Shown: positions 52,101 through 64,000 of the stretch, in pieces
How the letters are laid out: the number at the start of each line of letters is the position of its first letter
Position numbering within the stretch: the first letter of the stretch is position 1
Source of the DNA: Owenia fusiformis
Lineage: Eukaryota
Direction: 5' to 3'
Assembly: GCA_903813345.2 (NCBI GenBank)
Contig: CAIIXF020000001.1
Span: 9,300,001 to 9,364,000 of the forward strand
DNA length: 64,000 bases
The notes under the pieces: model-generated
The model's database searches: none
What the model saw: the letters and a program-made list of their open reading frames with translations, nothing else
What the model was told of the DNA's origin: nothing
Translations under genes and position numbers: made by a program

Positions 52101-54340
52101 ACACAATTTTCCTTATATTAAGTATTAAGAGAACAATTTTAAAAAATTCAAAAGTAATACATGTACTTCCAACCTCTTTATATGGTTGCTGAAATCTATT
52201 AATTATTATCTGTACCTATTAATATCTGATGAAGTATTTTGGTATGATTGAAATTGATTCAAGATTTCTGATAGGAAGTGTTGTCACGGACTCTTAAACT
52301 TGCTTATAATAGCAGTATTAGCAACAACAAACAAAACTTGATCTTTACTTTCTGAGCAAAGAGTTCCTCAAGGCAATGTGAAGATATACAAAATTAAGAC
52401 ATGATCAGTTGAATTGGAATCTTAGACAATATTAACAAAATTTATCAGATGATTTTGTTCTGTAATTTGCAAATTAAGAGTTGATGACATCACTTTCTGT
52501 ATTATCTTTATAAATGGCAGCCCAGTTGAAATGAACAGTTTATGAGTAATTGGTTATCAACCGAATCAAGACAGCAATGGGCTATTGCGGAATGTCCTTT
52601 TAACTAAAGTTCTTGCATCTGTTGTAAAAAATTTAGTTTTATTTTATTTCAAAAGCACATTTTCATGTACAGAAAAATAGAAGATTGAATTAGTATTAAA
52701 TAGTACTACTTACAAACATCATCATTGACTTGTTGTAGATATACAGAATGTGGATGAACATATAAAAGGAGTAAAAGAAAATGATTTAGAAAAACCAGTT
52801 CAATCTACAACAAATCTTGGTAAGACACTGATCCTAGTGTTAAGTATGCATGTATTTTGTATATCTTACACTAGTAATGCATGTCCATGTATCACATCTG
52901 GTATCACATATTATCAATTAGTCTTACATTGAAGAGGGATGACAACATCTCATGGTCTCATACTTTTGTTCAAACATAAATAGCATACACATGCCTTTGT
53001 GGCATCAGCTTAGATTCTGAGAAGATTCAAGACCCAGTAATCCACTCTATGAACGTTTATAGGAATCTTTCCCATTGAAATCCTAACGGTTGATTTCACT
53101 TCCTTTACAGAGGCTGATAAGAGTAATACAGCTGCAGTAAGGGATTCTTCTACATCAGTGGCCAAACCACCAGACAAGACTAGCACAAATGATGAAGAAA
53201 ATATAAAAATAAGGGTTACCAGATTAAAAGCTGGTGAATCGATGGAGGATATTAATAAAAAAGCTTCCTTGAAGATACCTGATGAGCAGAAGGAAGAGTT
53301 AGAAAACACAGTAAAAGAAGAGTTGGAAAAGGCAGGGCTGGACACGGGAGGTAAGACATTTAATACAATACTAATATATGTCTCTTCTTAAAACTGCTTA
53401 TAGTGTGTATGTATAATTCATTTGCGTTTTACACATTAAGACAACTGCATTACATGTTATGTAGTTTGGTATACTGTAGAGTAGTATGCAAGTTTACTTG
53501 TTAAATTCTGCCACCATCTGTCTCGAATAAATTATTTTCTTTAAAAAGTTGCTGTTATCTTTGTAGAATAATGGGAAAGCATTTCATCGTAAAAATAATC
53601 TAAAATTCAACATAGTTTAATCACTCACCTATGTTTGGCATGAATTCAATTTTATTCCAGGTCGGCCCATTGAGATAAAGATCATTGCCACTGGTTATAT
53701 GGGTGAAGATGATGAAAATGTCCATACACTATCTGGGGATGAAACTAAAGCCTTTAATAAAATGCTAGTAGCCTTTATAGTGAGTAACATTTTGTGATGT
53801 CAAAAAAAAGTTAATTTTTATCCCACAGAAAATGTCCTGTAGGGACATAGAGAAACTGTCCACCTGTCTGTCATTCTTGCGTTAGATCCATAAATCAAAT
53901 ATGTTTTTGGATTTGGTTCTTTATAGGCTAATGCCTTATGGGCAATTTAAAAGGGCAGCCATTTTTCATAAAAATATATTCTTTGATAAATCATATATCA
54001 GTTGACAGATTTGGGCCAGATTTTATGTGCTGATAAATTAAGAAGCTATGTTCAAGAAAAAATGGCCACCATTTTTCATGGAAAGATGTCATTTTTTGAA
54101 TAGTGTTAACTATAGAGTGCTATTCACATGATCAGGTTTTACCAGCTCATATTTGAGAACATGGGTGTTTGTCTTTATATCTCTTGTACATTATTTCAGG
54201 GGGCAGGTGGTCAGGAGGCACATAAAGAGCAGAAAAGACAAGATAAAATGGAAGAGAATTACAGTTACGTTTTTGGAAAAAATAAAAAATCTCAGTCTTC
54301 ACAATCAGCAACACAACCAAAAATATATGGGGGAGCATGA
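37144..54340 (+). CDS. OS9: Protein OS-9 (ERAD lectin, MRH domain), 17 exons including a Kunitz exon, ~811 aa
   Basis: Exons 37144-37278, 40010-40180, 40425-40488, 41594-41688, 42593-42691, 43320-43521, 43844-43948, 44060-44242, 44823-44993, 46113-46418, 48621-48725, 51556-51662, 51973-52084, 52739-52819, 53111-53350, 53661-53779, 54200-54340 (2436 nt, phases consistent). Signal peptide followed by [20 protein letters not shown] motifs [36 protein letters not shown] and [10 protein letters not shown]-terminal [14 protein letters not shown] and [10 protein letters not shown] resemble OS9. Confidence 0.92.
37480..39350 (+). mobile_element. Degraded LINE (CR1/L2-like) RT 3' fragment, split by a ~1.35 kb insertion
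   Basis: [13 protein letters not shown]...[15 protein letters not shown] at 37567-37680. It resumes at ~39091 with RAARFV...[18 protein letters not shown]. Frameshifted and truncated. Confidence 0.8.
38130..39076. repeat. Minisatellite-rich insert (ATTATTCAGAAACAAAT units; palindrome TAATCATTAGCTAATGATTA x3)
   Basis: Arrays at ~38270-38415 and ~38845-39000. The 20-bp palindrome occurs at ~38136, ~38218 and ~39051. Confidence 0.75.
42706..42910. mobile_element. 205-bp TGT...ACA element with 4-bp TSD, carrying a tRNA-Lys-derived segment
   Basis: aaag|TGTAATGACCC ... GGGTCGTTACA|aaag. Confidence 0.75.
42785..42857 (-). pseudogene. tRNA-Lys(UUU)-derived sequence (pseudo-tRNA / SINE-like head)
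   Basis: Minus strand reads GCCTTTATAGCTCAGTCGGTAGAGCATCAGACTTTAGGTCCAAGGGTCCTAGGTTCGATTCCC. A box and B box are intact. Anticodon and acceptor stems are degenerate. Confidence 0.75.
44060..44242 (+). CDS. Kunitz/BPTI serine-protease-inhibitor domain exon (exon 8 of the OS9 model)
   Basis: Bounded by gttgtgtag|GT and C|gtgagt, 183 nt, phase 1-1. Translates [61 protein letters not shown], with canonical C-x8-C-x15-C-x7-C-x12-C-x3-C spacing. Confidence 0.92.
44443..44660. mobile_element. Shorter copy of the 35774-36174 Tc1-like MITE
   Basis: ta|ctctacgcccggtatttt ... aaaataccgggcgtacag|ta. Confidence 0.8.
45882..46027. mobile_element. Palindromic MITE
   Basis: atataatggttgattctgtatatcgt...acgatatacggaatcaaccattatata. 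Central hairpin atgatatattcac...gtgaatatatcat. Confidence 0.75.
46743..48239. mobile_element. ~1.5 kb foldback element with ~450-bp inverted arms; left arm interrupted by a palindromic MITE (~46808-47074)
   Basis: 46743-46808 plus 47073-47455 are the reverse complement of ~47800-48239. This explains the twin ORFs 47093(+) and 47967(-). Confidence 0.85.
48986..49768 (+). mobile_element. Helentron/DINE-like non-autonomous element (HINE) with internal tandem subrepeats
   Basis: ttttatcatcccacag...ggggatatagg, then a TCCG/TCTG microsatellite, ~120-140-bp repeats containing caagatgg/aaaatggcc, and a cttgt end. Degraded copy at ~53815-54080. Confidence 0.7.
50658..50854. mobile_element. MITE family A copy
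   Basis: tatac|CAGGCCCGTAGCCAGG ... GGGCCTG|tatac (5-bp TSD). Inverted relative to 3395-3586. Confidence 0.85.
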
Positions 54341-55640
54341 GAAAATATATTTTTGAGAGTGCATGTTTCAACTATCATGGTTGGGTTTAGTATTATATAG
54401 CACTTTATTTATATTTATTTTGTTTATGTTTATTGTTGTACAGTTTATTGTTTGTTAAAAGTTGATTCTGCCTTAAAGGGAGTGCAGAAATTAAAACTAA
54501 AAAAGTTCATGATACTTGGACTTATAATGCAGGATTCAAGATGCCGAAATGTTTCAATTCTGCCTTATATTTTTATGGAGGACTTGGAAGTTATTATACT
54601 TTTTCAAAATAGAATCTGAAAATTTGGGGAACTGTGCAATTTGTTGCTGTCCTGTGTTACTTTTATAAACAAGTAATGTCTTAATATCTTAATATATGTA
54701 AAATATGTACATTAAAAGAGGGTTTTTTGAATATGGTAAGATAAACCAGAAAATGGATTTAAAGTTAAAACCAAGGGCCAAAAATTTAGATGGGACACAA
54801 AAGTTCTAGTAAGGACCCAAGATTGTTTTCATCTAATGTATCTAAAGTTCCATAAAATGCCCATTTTTGGGCCCCTACAGCCTAAACTACTTGATCCACC
54901 TTAGGTGTGTGTTTGTATGTATTTTGTCAGAATTATCATTCCATTTGCAATTTATTCATTTTACTTAAGAATGCATAAAAATAATGCAACATGCAGGCAA
55001 AAATTGATTTGTCATTATTTTGTTTTTGAATCATTTCCCAAAACATTTCAAAGAATTCCAAAGTAGTTCTTTTATTTTTACTATGATTTCCATGGTTATG
55101 GCAATGAAAACTGTTTTGAGAAATTGATCTTAGATTCATTTTTCCAATTTTTATGTCAAGGTGCAAAATATCAGAGATTGATTACTGTAACAGTGCAATA
55201 CACTGCTAAATATGGTGCACATGACTCAATTATCAAGTTGAATTCAACTTAGACAACCAATGATTGAGGTTGATTTTTCTTAACATGATTTAAAAATGCT
55301 GATTCTATATGTAGCAAGACTGTATTATTAAAGATGTACATAATCTGGAGGCAAGAGGTCATTCCCACCTAGATACATAATTTTTACATTTCATTATATT
55401 CAAGAGTTATTTTTATCTCATATGTTGTTATAATATTTGCTTCTTTATTAATGTTTCCTTGTGCACCCAGCAATTATTTGAATTCTTTGTATTTTAGATT
55501 AATCACACGTGTAATATCTAATTGAGAAATTATTGGTGTTTTCATTTTTTCTATTTTACTTAGTTTTCATGTACCATGTAAAGAAATTCATTGACCTGAT
55601 GATTTAATGATAGCTAACATACTTGTAAGGTAGTAATATA

Positions 55641-55838
55641 CAGGGTGACCCAAAAAAGCAGCCATCTAACTTTGGAACACTTACTACACGTTTTGAAAGC
55701 AATCAAGAAGATTCAAATAATGGGAAACACAGAGTACCCAAGTTTATAAACTTATGGTTCATATTCTATACAAGGAAGTTCATTAAGATTCCATCATATT
55801 AGAAAATTTAGAAAAAATTGCATTTTTGGGTCACCCTG
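55641..55838. mobile_element. Tc1/mariner-like MITE (CAGGGTG TIR, TA TSD)
   Basis: ta|cagggtgacccaaaaa ... tttttgggtcaccctg|ta. Confidence 0.85.
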
Positions 55839-56573
55839 TATGTGTTTTCTCCATGTGTAGATTGTTAATTACTTGACTTCGGTTTTTGAAGACAATGTGT
55901 ACTTTCATGAATTGGTTAATTAATTTGTGAGAATGAAGAAAAACATTCTTCTTCTTAGGTAAAACCAACCATCATGTAAGTAACTGTAACAGTAACACTA
56001 ACTGTTATTGACTAATGATTCTTCATTGTAAATCAAATGGTCTCAAATGGGAGAGTCTCTCGCAGAAAATATAGATCATTATAATTATTCCCTGATATTT
56101 CTAGAACATAGAAATTCAGCGTTTTCTTAAGATGTAATCCAAAACTGTTTCAAATAGACTAACTATTTTTCGACAAAAGGGAAACTGTGTTGTGTTACAT
56201 TTTCTTCATGCAGACCTACATGTAGCTACCTTCTCTAGACACGATGATGTGATCAAGTTGGACCAGCTCAGCTTTCGTACATGAACAAAAGTATTCTTTC
56301 TCAAACAGTCTCATAGAGAACTCAAATACTATACTCTTTTATTAATTTTATTTATTTATTCAAGTATGAGGTATTACTATTTTTAACTTATTTAATATAA
56401 TGTCCATTAAGCCAAAATTAAATGTATACTGTCTGTTTAAGGCTGAAGTACCCATATATGGAGAGATTGTCTTTTGACCTCATGGTGGGAACAGTAAATC
56501 AATAGAATTTTAGAATACCTAAAGATAACTGTTCTTACATGAGTCTTCACACCCCTTTGTTCTGTAAACAGTC

Positions 56574-56917
56574 AGCCTCAGTCATAATTGATCTACGTCA
56601 GTACGTCGACCGTATTTTTCCAAAATCGAGAGAAATATACTGCATAAATGCAGTCACATTTAATCCAAAGCAACCACACGGGGTCCGTAGCTTTCCAAAA
56701 TTGAGAGAAATATATGTAGCATAAAATATAGGGGTAGGCAGTACGATGTAGATTTTCTATATCGTCTATATCGATTTTGCAAAGGTACGACTGTCGTAAA
56801 GCAAATGTGACCGAGTCTTAAAATATAGGGATAAGCAATAGGAGGTAGATTTTCTATATCGATTTTGTGAACCTACGGCCGTCATACGTCCGCCGTAGGT
56901 CAAAAGTGACTGAGGCT
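56574..56917. mobile_element. CpG-rich MITE (AGCCTCAGTCA TIR)
   Basis: agcctcagtca ... tgactgaggct. Internal duplications. Resembles 15546-16043. Confidence 0.7.
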
Positions 56918-57220
56918 TTAGTGTTTACAGCAACGATGATTAAATAAAATACAAAAATACAAATAAACAGTATTTACAAGATGAATCCTCTGATCGGGGA
57001 TTAAAATAGAGAACCATCACTTTTTTCCTATACAGAATAAGTGAAATAGTGAACCATCTGAGTGTTCTGATATAAGGCTGTGTATAGACTCCTGATTACA
57101 CAACTGATTGTAATTAGGCACCATGTTTCTATGGTAATTTACTGAAAAATCAATCAACTTTGGTTTCAGGAGAGTATGGTTGTAGGTATGTTAGTCTCAG
57201 GTAATGTACAAGTCCTTGGA

Positions 57221-58606
57221 TTAGCTCTCTTCATCCTTCTTGAATTTGGTTTTCAACTTTGAGAAAACCTGAAAAGACAAGAGTGAACATAGAGTATTTT
57301 CTTCACTGAACGTTTTATGCAAAAATACTCATTATTAGCATTCATGAAGAACTTGTTAATTTCTATCAATGCTTTCTCAATTTTCTTAAACTGAACATGA
57401 AGAATCATGTTGGTTTTACAATGGAGAGGAGAGTATATTATACAGAGACTCCGAGAGCCATGTACCAAAATCCAACATCGATGATCATTTTCATTCACTT
57501 TTGAACTTACCCCCTTAGCGAGGTTTTTCATTTTCTTGTAGAGCCTAATCAAGTAGAACAAGATCGCTCCGCCGATAGCTAGGAATACAACTCCAACAGC
57601 AAGAGCACCAACTCCTACATACGCAAGCACCCTGCACCAAACACAATAATATTGTACAGTATATGGAATCATGGAATTCGTTCAACAAAAATTATCACAT
57701 GGAAACGTTAAATTGAAAAATAACCGATGCCCCGTCGGTCATGCTGTCGCACCCACCCTGTCCACTTTCGGTAGCTGCGTATACCGGTAGCGTAAATTTT
57801 AACACCGAATGAATAGTACCTCACGCTCATTGCCTTTTCCCCAAATCCAATTTTACATTAGGCCTAATTATCAAATGAAATGTAGGCCTACATTAATATA
57901 TGAATTACACTTGGATATTTTAAAGGAAGAACAACTTCTACCTTCGCATGTTGTCAAACGATTGCAAACGCTAATGTATTTGATTTATTTCTGATAGTCA
58001 GTGACATGAATGTAGTAGTAGTATTGTGCTTCTCAAAATCAACTGAGATGATCATTTTTCTAAACGATACAGACACAATTAAAACGCAACTCCGGGAACG
58101 CAACCATGGCAGTCCTTTGGTCAAGTGTCAACAGTAATTATGTGGATAAAATGAAGCTACGTACAGGGTGGGCCAAAAGAGAAAAGTGTAAAACTATTGC
58201 TTTGGACATCATCCTAAAATCTGTTTTTGTTTTCAGAAGATTGATTTATTCCAATTCAGGCATAGTTGCAATAATGATTTTTGCATCACCTGTGAAGATA
58301 TTATCGAAATCCATGAATTTTCAAAAAGATTATATCGAAATAAAGCAATATGGACGTTTTCTTGCTCACCCTGTACAAGATCCCATAAAGGTAAACATTG
58401 TAAAATATTTTACAGTTTAAAAGAAAGTCTGTTTTGAAATGTCCATACCTTTGATCACTTTCCATATCATTCCAATATTGAGCATAAAGTGCCAGGAGGA
58501 CTATTCCAGCTATGAGGCCCCCGATGCCAATAAAGAGGAAACATCCTGTCACGATTCCCAAGATCTTCAGCGTCCTCTTGATCTTTGTCACTGGGTTTTC
58601 AGGCAT
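57221..58606 (-). CDS. Small uncharacterised two-TM protein, 3 coding exons, 108 aa
   Basis: Exons 58606-58449, 57631-57511, 57268-57221 (327 nt, GT-AG, phases 2 and 0). Protein: MPENPVTKIKRTLKILGIVTGCFLFIGIGGLIAGIVLLALYAQYWNDMESDQRVLAYVGVGALAVGVVFLAIGGAILFYLIRLYKKMKNLAKGVFSKLKTKFKKDEES*. Confidence 0.78.
58164..58373. mobile_element. Tc1/mariner-like MITE in an intron of the 2-TM gene
   Basis: ta|cagggtgggccaaaag ... cttgctcaccctg|ta. Confidence 0.7.
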
Positions 58607-61600
58607 CTTGTCAAGTGTAGAATTTCATCAATTTATACTGCACAAGGTTTCTGGTAATCACCAAGCCTGAAATGGTTGAGTAAATTGTTATTTCGTGACT
58701 TGCAAGACCGTCAATAGATAGTAAAAAATCAGTGGGTTTTTGTATACTTTAAGCAAAAACTGCTCCAAAAATCTGTTGAAAACATCCAAAACCCTTTAAT
58801 ATTGATTCTTAAAACAAGTTTGTAAATGAAAATGAACAAAACATGTGGTATTTTATTTGATTTGTGTGATGAATATGAAGTCTCAAAACAACAGACAGTA
58901 TTCACACGTAAACCACTGGGACAGATTGTGAAGAACAACCCACAAGAGAAAATTACATATTGTTTAATAAATCCATATCAAATCATAATAAATGACACAT
59001 ACAAAACATACCGTATTGTATTTGTATCAAACCTCTGAGATCACAGTTGATTTTAACAAATTCTCCTTTTGTAACTTAATAATAAAATCGTTTTATTGTT
59101 ATTTGTCGCATTTATGCCAAGATTGGTGTCATAGTAAAATCTCAGTTTGAATTAGTGCAGAATTTAATAATCTTCACCATCCTTGACTAAAACATTCACT
59201 TTTTGACAATTTAACTAATTATGGAATATACAGTTTCAGACTAGATGCAACACATATTGTGCATAATCCCATCGATTTTTGTTTTCTTGATGATTTTAAA
59301 TAAAATCATCAAGTAAACAAAAAACGGGATTATGTAAAATATAAAACCAATATAAAATCATTTTATTGTATTGGCAAATACATGACATAATCTATGACAT
59401 AAATCTTTTCTTGTTTTCATTGAGCTGATCAGATTTTCATATGGCGGTCGCTTAAAGGCCCCATATAAAGTTTAGCTTATGTTGTATTCTTACCCAATGT
59501 CATCAAAAAATAATATAATGTATTCTTCTTTTCGACCTAGTTAGCAACATTGTTATACTTTTAAATTAAGAAATTAAAAAATAAAACCATAAAAATATTT
59601 CAAAGATATTTTACACCCTAAGTAACATTACGGCGATGTCACCATTAAGTGGCACGTTAGATATGACATTGTTGCACTGTATTGGTGGAATATTTGATGA
59701 TTAAAATTTTTCTCTCTGAAATTTTATTTGAAGAATGGCGGGATTTTCTTGATGAAATCTCTAAAATTACTTTAGAGGTCATAAGATAGTAAATGGATGA
59801 TAAAAAAATATTTTCAAACTAAACACGAGGACTTTAAATATTTCGAGCAGATATCAAACAAACAAAACAACATTGTGTAATATTTGAATTATTTTCGAGT
59901 CACATTTAATAAGGATAAGGAGGAAAACTAACAAAATATAAGCTGCAATAGATTGACATTATTGCTTTTAGGAATTGCAAATGCATATAAGAAACAAAAT
60001 TCGATGTCCACACTTGAAAATCGCAAATTGTATCTTTAGCATTTTTTCGCCATATTATTCATCTTTTACATTGAAACTTACAAAATCAAAAACCAGTTTT
60101 GCAAATTGCATTGCTCATTCAAAATAATCATGATAAATATGCAATTTCTCCATCGACAAATTGTACAAATCAACATTCAGTTTCTTCATTGATAAATTGT
60201 ACATTTTTTAGCGTTTTTAAGAATTTGAAGTACGCATTGTTGTCAACATTCAATTCCAATATTGAGTCTAAAGACTTTTAAAGATAATTAATTTAATGAT
60301 GCTTATGATGATGATGACTCTATCGTATTTCCCACAGCTTTTAAAGGTGCAACAATTAGTGCAGGGGAGGGGGGGGGGGGCATTCAACGATCATCGACCA
60401 GTGTCAAAATATATTTAAGTTTGGATATTTCATCAAGACTAACATTTATTTTCATGATATACTAATAAGAAACCCCCTGGATGAACATTATTTCAGCTGA
60501 TATTCCATTTGAAACGTGGTGGATCTTAAAAATCTATAAGTAAGACTCCCTTTATAGAAGCTTTGAACTGAATTTACACTTTTTTATGCTGAAATTGATA
60601 GTTTATACATACATTTTAAGAAAATAGGTATCTCAAAGAAGGTGTTAAGCCAAATGTTGACCTGATAGCTCAGAAAATAAATAAAAAATCGAATTTTATC
60701 TTTACAGTCCTTGTTGCCCCTTCAAATGAACATAGGAATAATGAGAGCCATGTCCGCCAGGTCCCCATCGAGGGGAGGTTTGCTATGATAATTATACATA
60801 GTGAAAGTTAAAAGTACCAAAAAATCACTATTATCACAAGTATTCATAAGACTGGCTTCACTACTATGGCTGTAAGTGTAAACCAAAGCCGTTCAACGCT
60901 GGTCCGCAGATCTTTAACATGTTTAGCCCAGATGTATTGATCAGATCTCCTCCAAAACTGACAATGGCGATCCAGTAACTATCTTCTCATTTGCCTGATG
61001 AGGTTAAGTGTTCATAATATGAGTCAACATACTTACCCGCCAGCCTATGTTTTTCAGGGCGTCAACTTCTTACTTCATATACGAAATGTGTCTTCTAAAT
61101 ATTTGGCCAAATACAAGAGTACTTTTCTAGATCAGAATGATTGTGATTTCAACAAGACATTGGTCAAGGTTGTAGATTTGTGTTTCAGCATCCAACATAG
61201 AGTAAATTAGTTCCAGATCGATATGTTAACGTTTAACCTCTTCCATATCCCAAGTGTGCATTTGTGATTATTTGTACATAGGTTTATGTAGGCTGTGTGT
61301 ATACACATGAGTTTTCCTCACAAGCTGCATGTATTAGGAGAGCTAGATTCCGCGTTTGATCTGTTCAAAAATAGAAAGGTTGAGCCTTACATTCTCATTT
61401 TGGTAGAACTTAAAGCACATGTCTGGAAAACGAGGTGTCGTTGGTTTGATCCTCACAAAATTTCATTCAGTGTTTTCACTAACCACTAATTTGGTAGAAC
61501 CTGGACGTAAAAGTGAACTGTTATGAGTCGATGACCACCTATTTCGCCCACCTCTGCATCGACTTTAAAAGGGAACTTAAATGCAATTATTATCCTAGCA

Positions 61601-61959
61601 CATTCACACTCAATCGGGCAAATAAAGGCTAGTGAGGTGAAAATAGTCCATAGGGAACCATAATTTTACACACGTGCACGTTCTTCAAAACGGTGCAAGC
61701 TAGACCTCCCTATTGTCAATACAATACAGCGAATATATCAGATTTGTGTACATGTGGTCCATTGTTTCAACGAAAGTGAACACCTAACGTGACTTCAATA
61801 AAGAATATAATAACTTACTTGAATATACTTGATATTCTCGGATATTTCATCATGGGTGTCTAAATGAGACTAAATGACCCATTTCCTTGGTATCTTTTCC
61901 ATCGTAATAACCACTGAAATCATTATTTGAAAGTACTTTCATTAACTCTCCATTGGATT

Positions 61960-63903
61960 AACAAGACACACGGTGATAAATATCGCACTTTGAAGAGCAA
62001 ACTGGCCACCATGCAATTTACCCAGCATGGCCAAAACCTAATCAGACCTTGGCACTAGTCTGCTCTTGCATCTGTAAACATTTCAAGTTGACAAGGTTAG
62101 CGGTTTTCCTGCAATTTTGATGACAAGAATTTATTTGTAGTCTTGAACTTTGGGAAAATTTAGATAACATTGTTTGTGACCTAATTTGATGACCTTCGAC
62201 CTTGAAAATTTCACTTTTTCAGACCTCAGTAGGTGTTTTGTAATTAAGCTGACCTAAATTGAAATCCAAAATATCAATTTAGAAAATCAACTTTTTTGAC
62301 CTTTTCAAGGTCACTGAAGGTGAATGAAAGGTCAAATCTGAAATCTAAGGTCAGATTTGAACTTCTGAGAACTTGTAGATGTTTTTAAAAAAAGTTTGGT
62401 CAATTTGGAGCAAGTTGAAAAATTCAAAATGGCCGCCAAATTGAAAAATTCAAAATGGCCACCATGTCATTCAGCCAGCATACCCAAAACCTAATCAGAT
62501 CTTGGCAATAGTCTGCTCTTGCATCTGTAAAAATTTCAAATTGAACGGATAAGTGGTTTTCCTGGAATTTTGATGACAAGATTTGTTGAAAAATTCAAAA
62601 TGGCCGCCACGTAGTTTACCCAGCATGCCCTTAACCTAATCAGATCTTGGCACTAGTCTGCTATTGCATGTGTAAAAATTTCAAGTTGAACAGGTTAGCG
62701 GTTTTCTTGGAATTTTGATGACAAGAATTTATTTGTAGTCTCAAACTTTGAGAAACTTGGATAACATCATTTGTGACCTAGTTGAATGACCCTGACCTTC
62801 GACCTTGAAAATTTCACTTTTTCAGACATCAGTAGGTCTTTTGTAATTAAGCTGACCTAAATTTAAATCCAAAATATCAATTTAGAAAATCAACTTTTTT
62901 GACCTTTTCAAGGTCACTGAAGGTGAATGAAAGGTCAAATCTGTGACCTAGTTTAATGACCTTGACCTTCGACCTTGAAAATTTCACTTTTTCAGACCTC
63001 AGTAGGTGTTTTGTAATTAAGCTGACCTAAATTTAAATCCAAAATATCAATTTAGAAAATCAACTTTTTTGATCTTTTGAAGGTCACTGAAGGTGAAGGA
63101 AAGGTCAAATCTGAAATCTAGGTCAGATTTGAACTTCTGAGAACTTGGTCAATTTGGAGCAAGTTGAAAAATTCAAAATGGCCGCCAAATTGAAAAATTC
63201 AAAATGGCCACCATGTAATTCAGCCAGCATACCCAAAACCTAATCAGATCTTGGCAATAGTCTGCTCTTGCATCTGTAAAAATTTCAAGTTGAACGGATA
63301 AGTGGTTTTCCTGGAATTTTGATGACAAGATTTGTTGAAAAATTCAAAATGGCCGCCACATAGTTTACCCAGCATGCCCTAAACCTAATCAGATCTTGGC
63401 ACTAGTCTGCTATTGCATGTGTAAAAATTTCAAGTTGAACAGGTTAGCGCTTTTCTTGGAATTTTGATGACAAGAATCTATTTGTAGTCTCAAACTTTGC
63501 ACTTGGATAACATCATTTGTGACCTAGTTTAATGACCTTGACCTTCGACCTTGTAAATTTCACCTTTTCAGACCTCAGTAGGTGTTTTGTAAAGCTGACC
63601 TAAATTTAAATCCAAAATATCAATTTAGAAAATAAGTGGTTTTCCTGGAATTTTGGTGACAAGATTTGTTGAAAAATTCAAAATGGCCGCCACATAGTTT
63701 ACCCAGCATGCCCTTAACCTAATCAGATCTTGGTACTAGTCTGCTCTTGCATCTGTAAAAATTTCAAGTTGAACAGGTAAGCAGTTATCCTGGAAATTTG
63801 ATGACAAGATTTGGTTTATGTGCCGCCCGCCCGCCCGCACGCCCGCCCGCCCAACAGCACAAGACGACGACAATATAGCACTTTTTCAAAGTGCGATAAA
63901 AAT
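61960..63903 (-). mobile_element. Helentron-associated non-autonomous element (HINE) carrying a complex satellite array
   Basis: Subterminal inverted repeat tatcgcactttgaa (61981-94) / ttcaaagtgcgata (63885-98). Terminal hairpin gcacttt-ttc-aaagtgc. GCCC microsatellite at 63823-63852. The interior is alternating repeat units. Confidence 0.8.
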
Positions 63904-64000
63904 GTGAAGCACCTGCCAAAAATTAATAGGTAAAAATCTGTGTTGGAATCCTTCAAACCGGCTACGAAAACGGATGCGTTTCGGTAATAAAAGTACAAAT

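Overview
AT-rich eukaryotic genomic DNA with GT-AG spliceosomal introns, inferred to come from an invertebrate animal. Gene models were assembled by hand from splice sites and intron phases. Left to right: (1) probable last exon of an unidentified Cys-rich protein; (2) single-exon GT31 beta-1,3-galactosyltransferase-like CDS, with an RFX X-box further upstream; (3) an uncharacterised transmembrane gene next to, and possibly interrupted by, a 6.8 kb non-autonomous PIF/Harbinger element holding nested MITEs; (4) an 11-exon pancreatic-lipase-like gene; (5) RPF1 on the minus strand; (6) OS9, the ERAD lectin, head-to-head with RPF1; (7) a small 2-TM orphan gene on the minus strand; (8) a Helentron-type satellite-bearing element. 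The main observation is an intact Kunitz/BPTI protease-inhibitor domain (P1 Arg), encoded as a frame-compatible phase 1-1 exon (44060-44242) inside OS9. It is absent from the ORF track and is a domain combination I do not recognise for OS-9. No database searches were run. Family assignments rest on recalled motifs.
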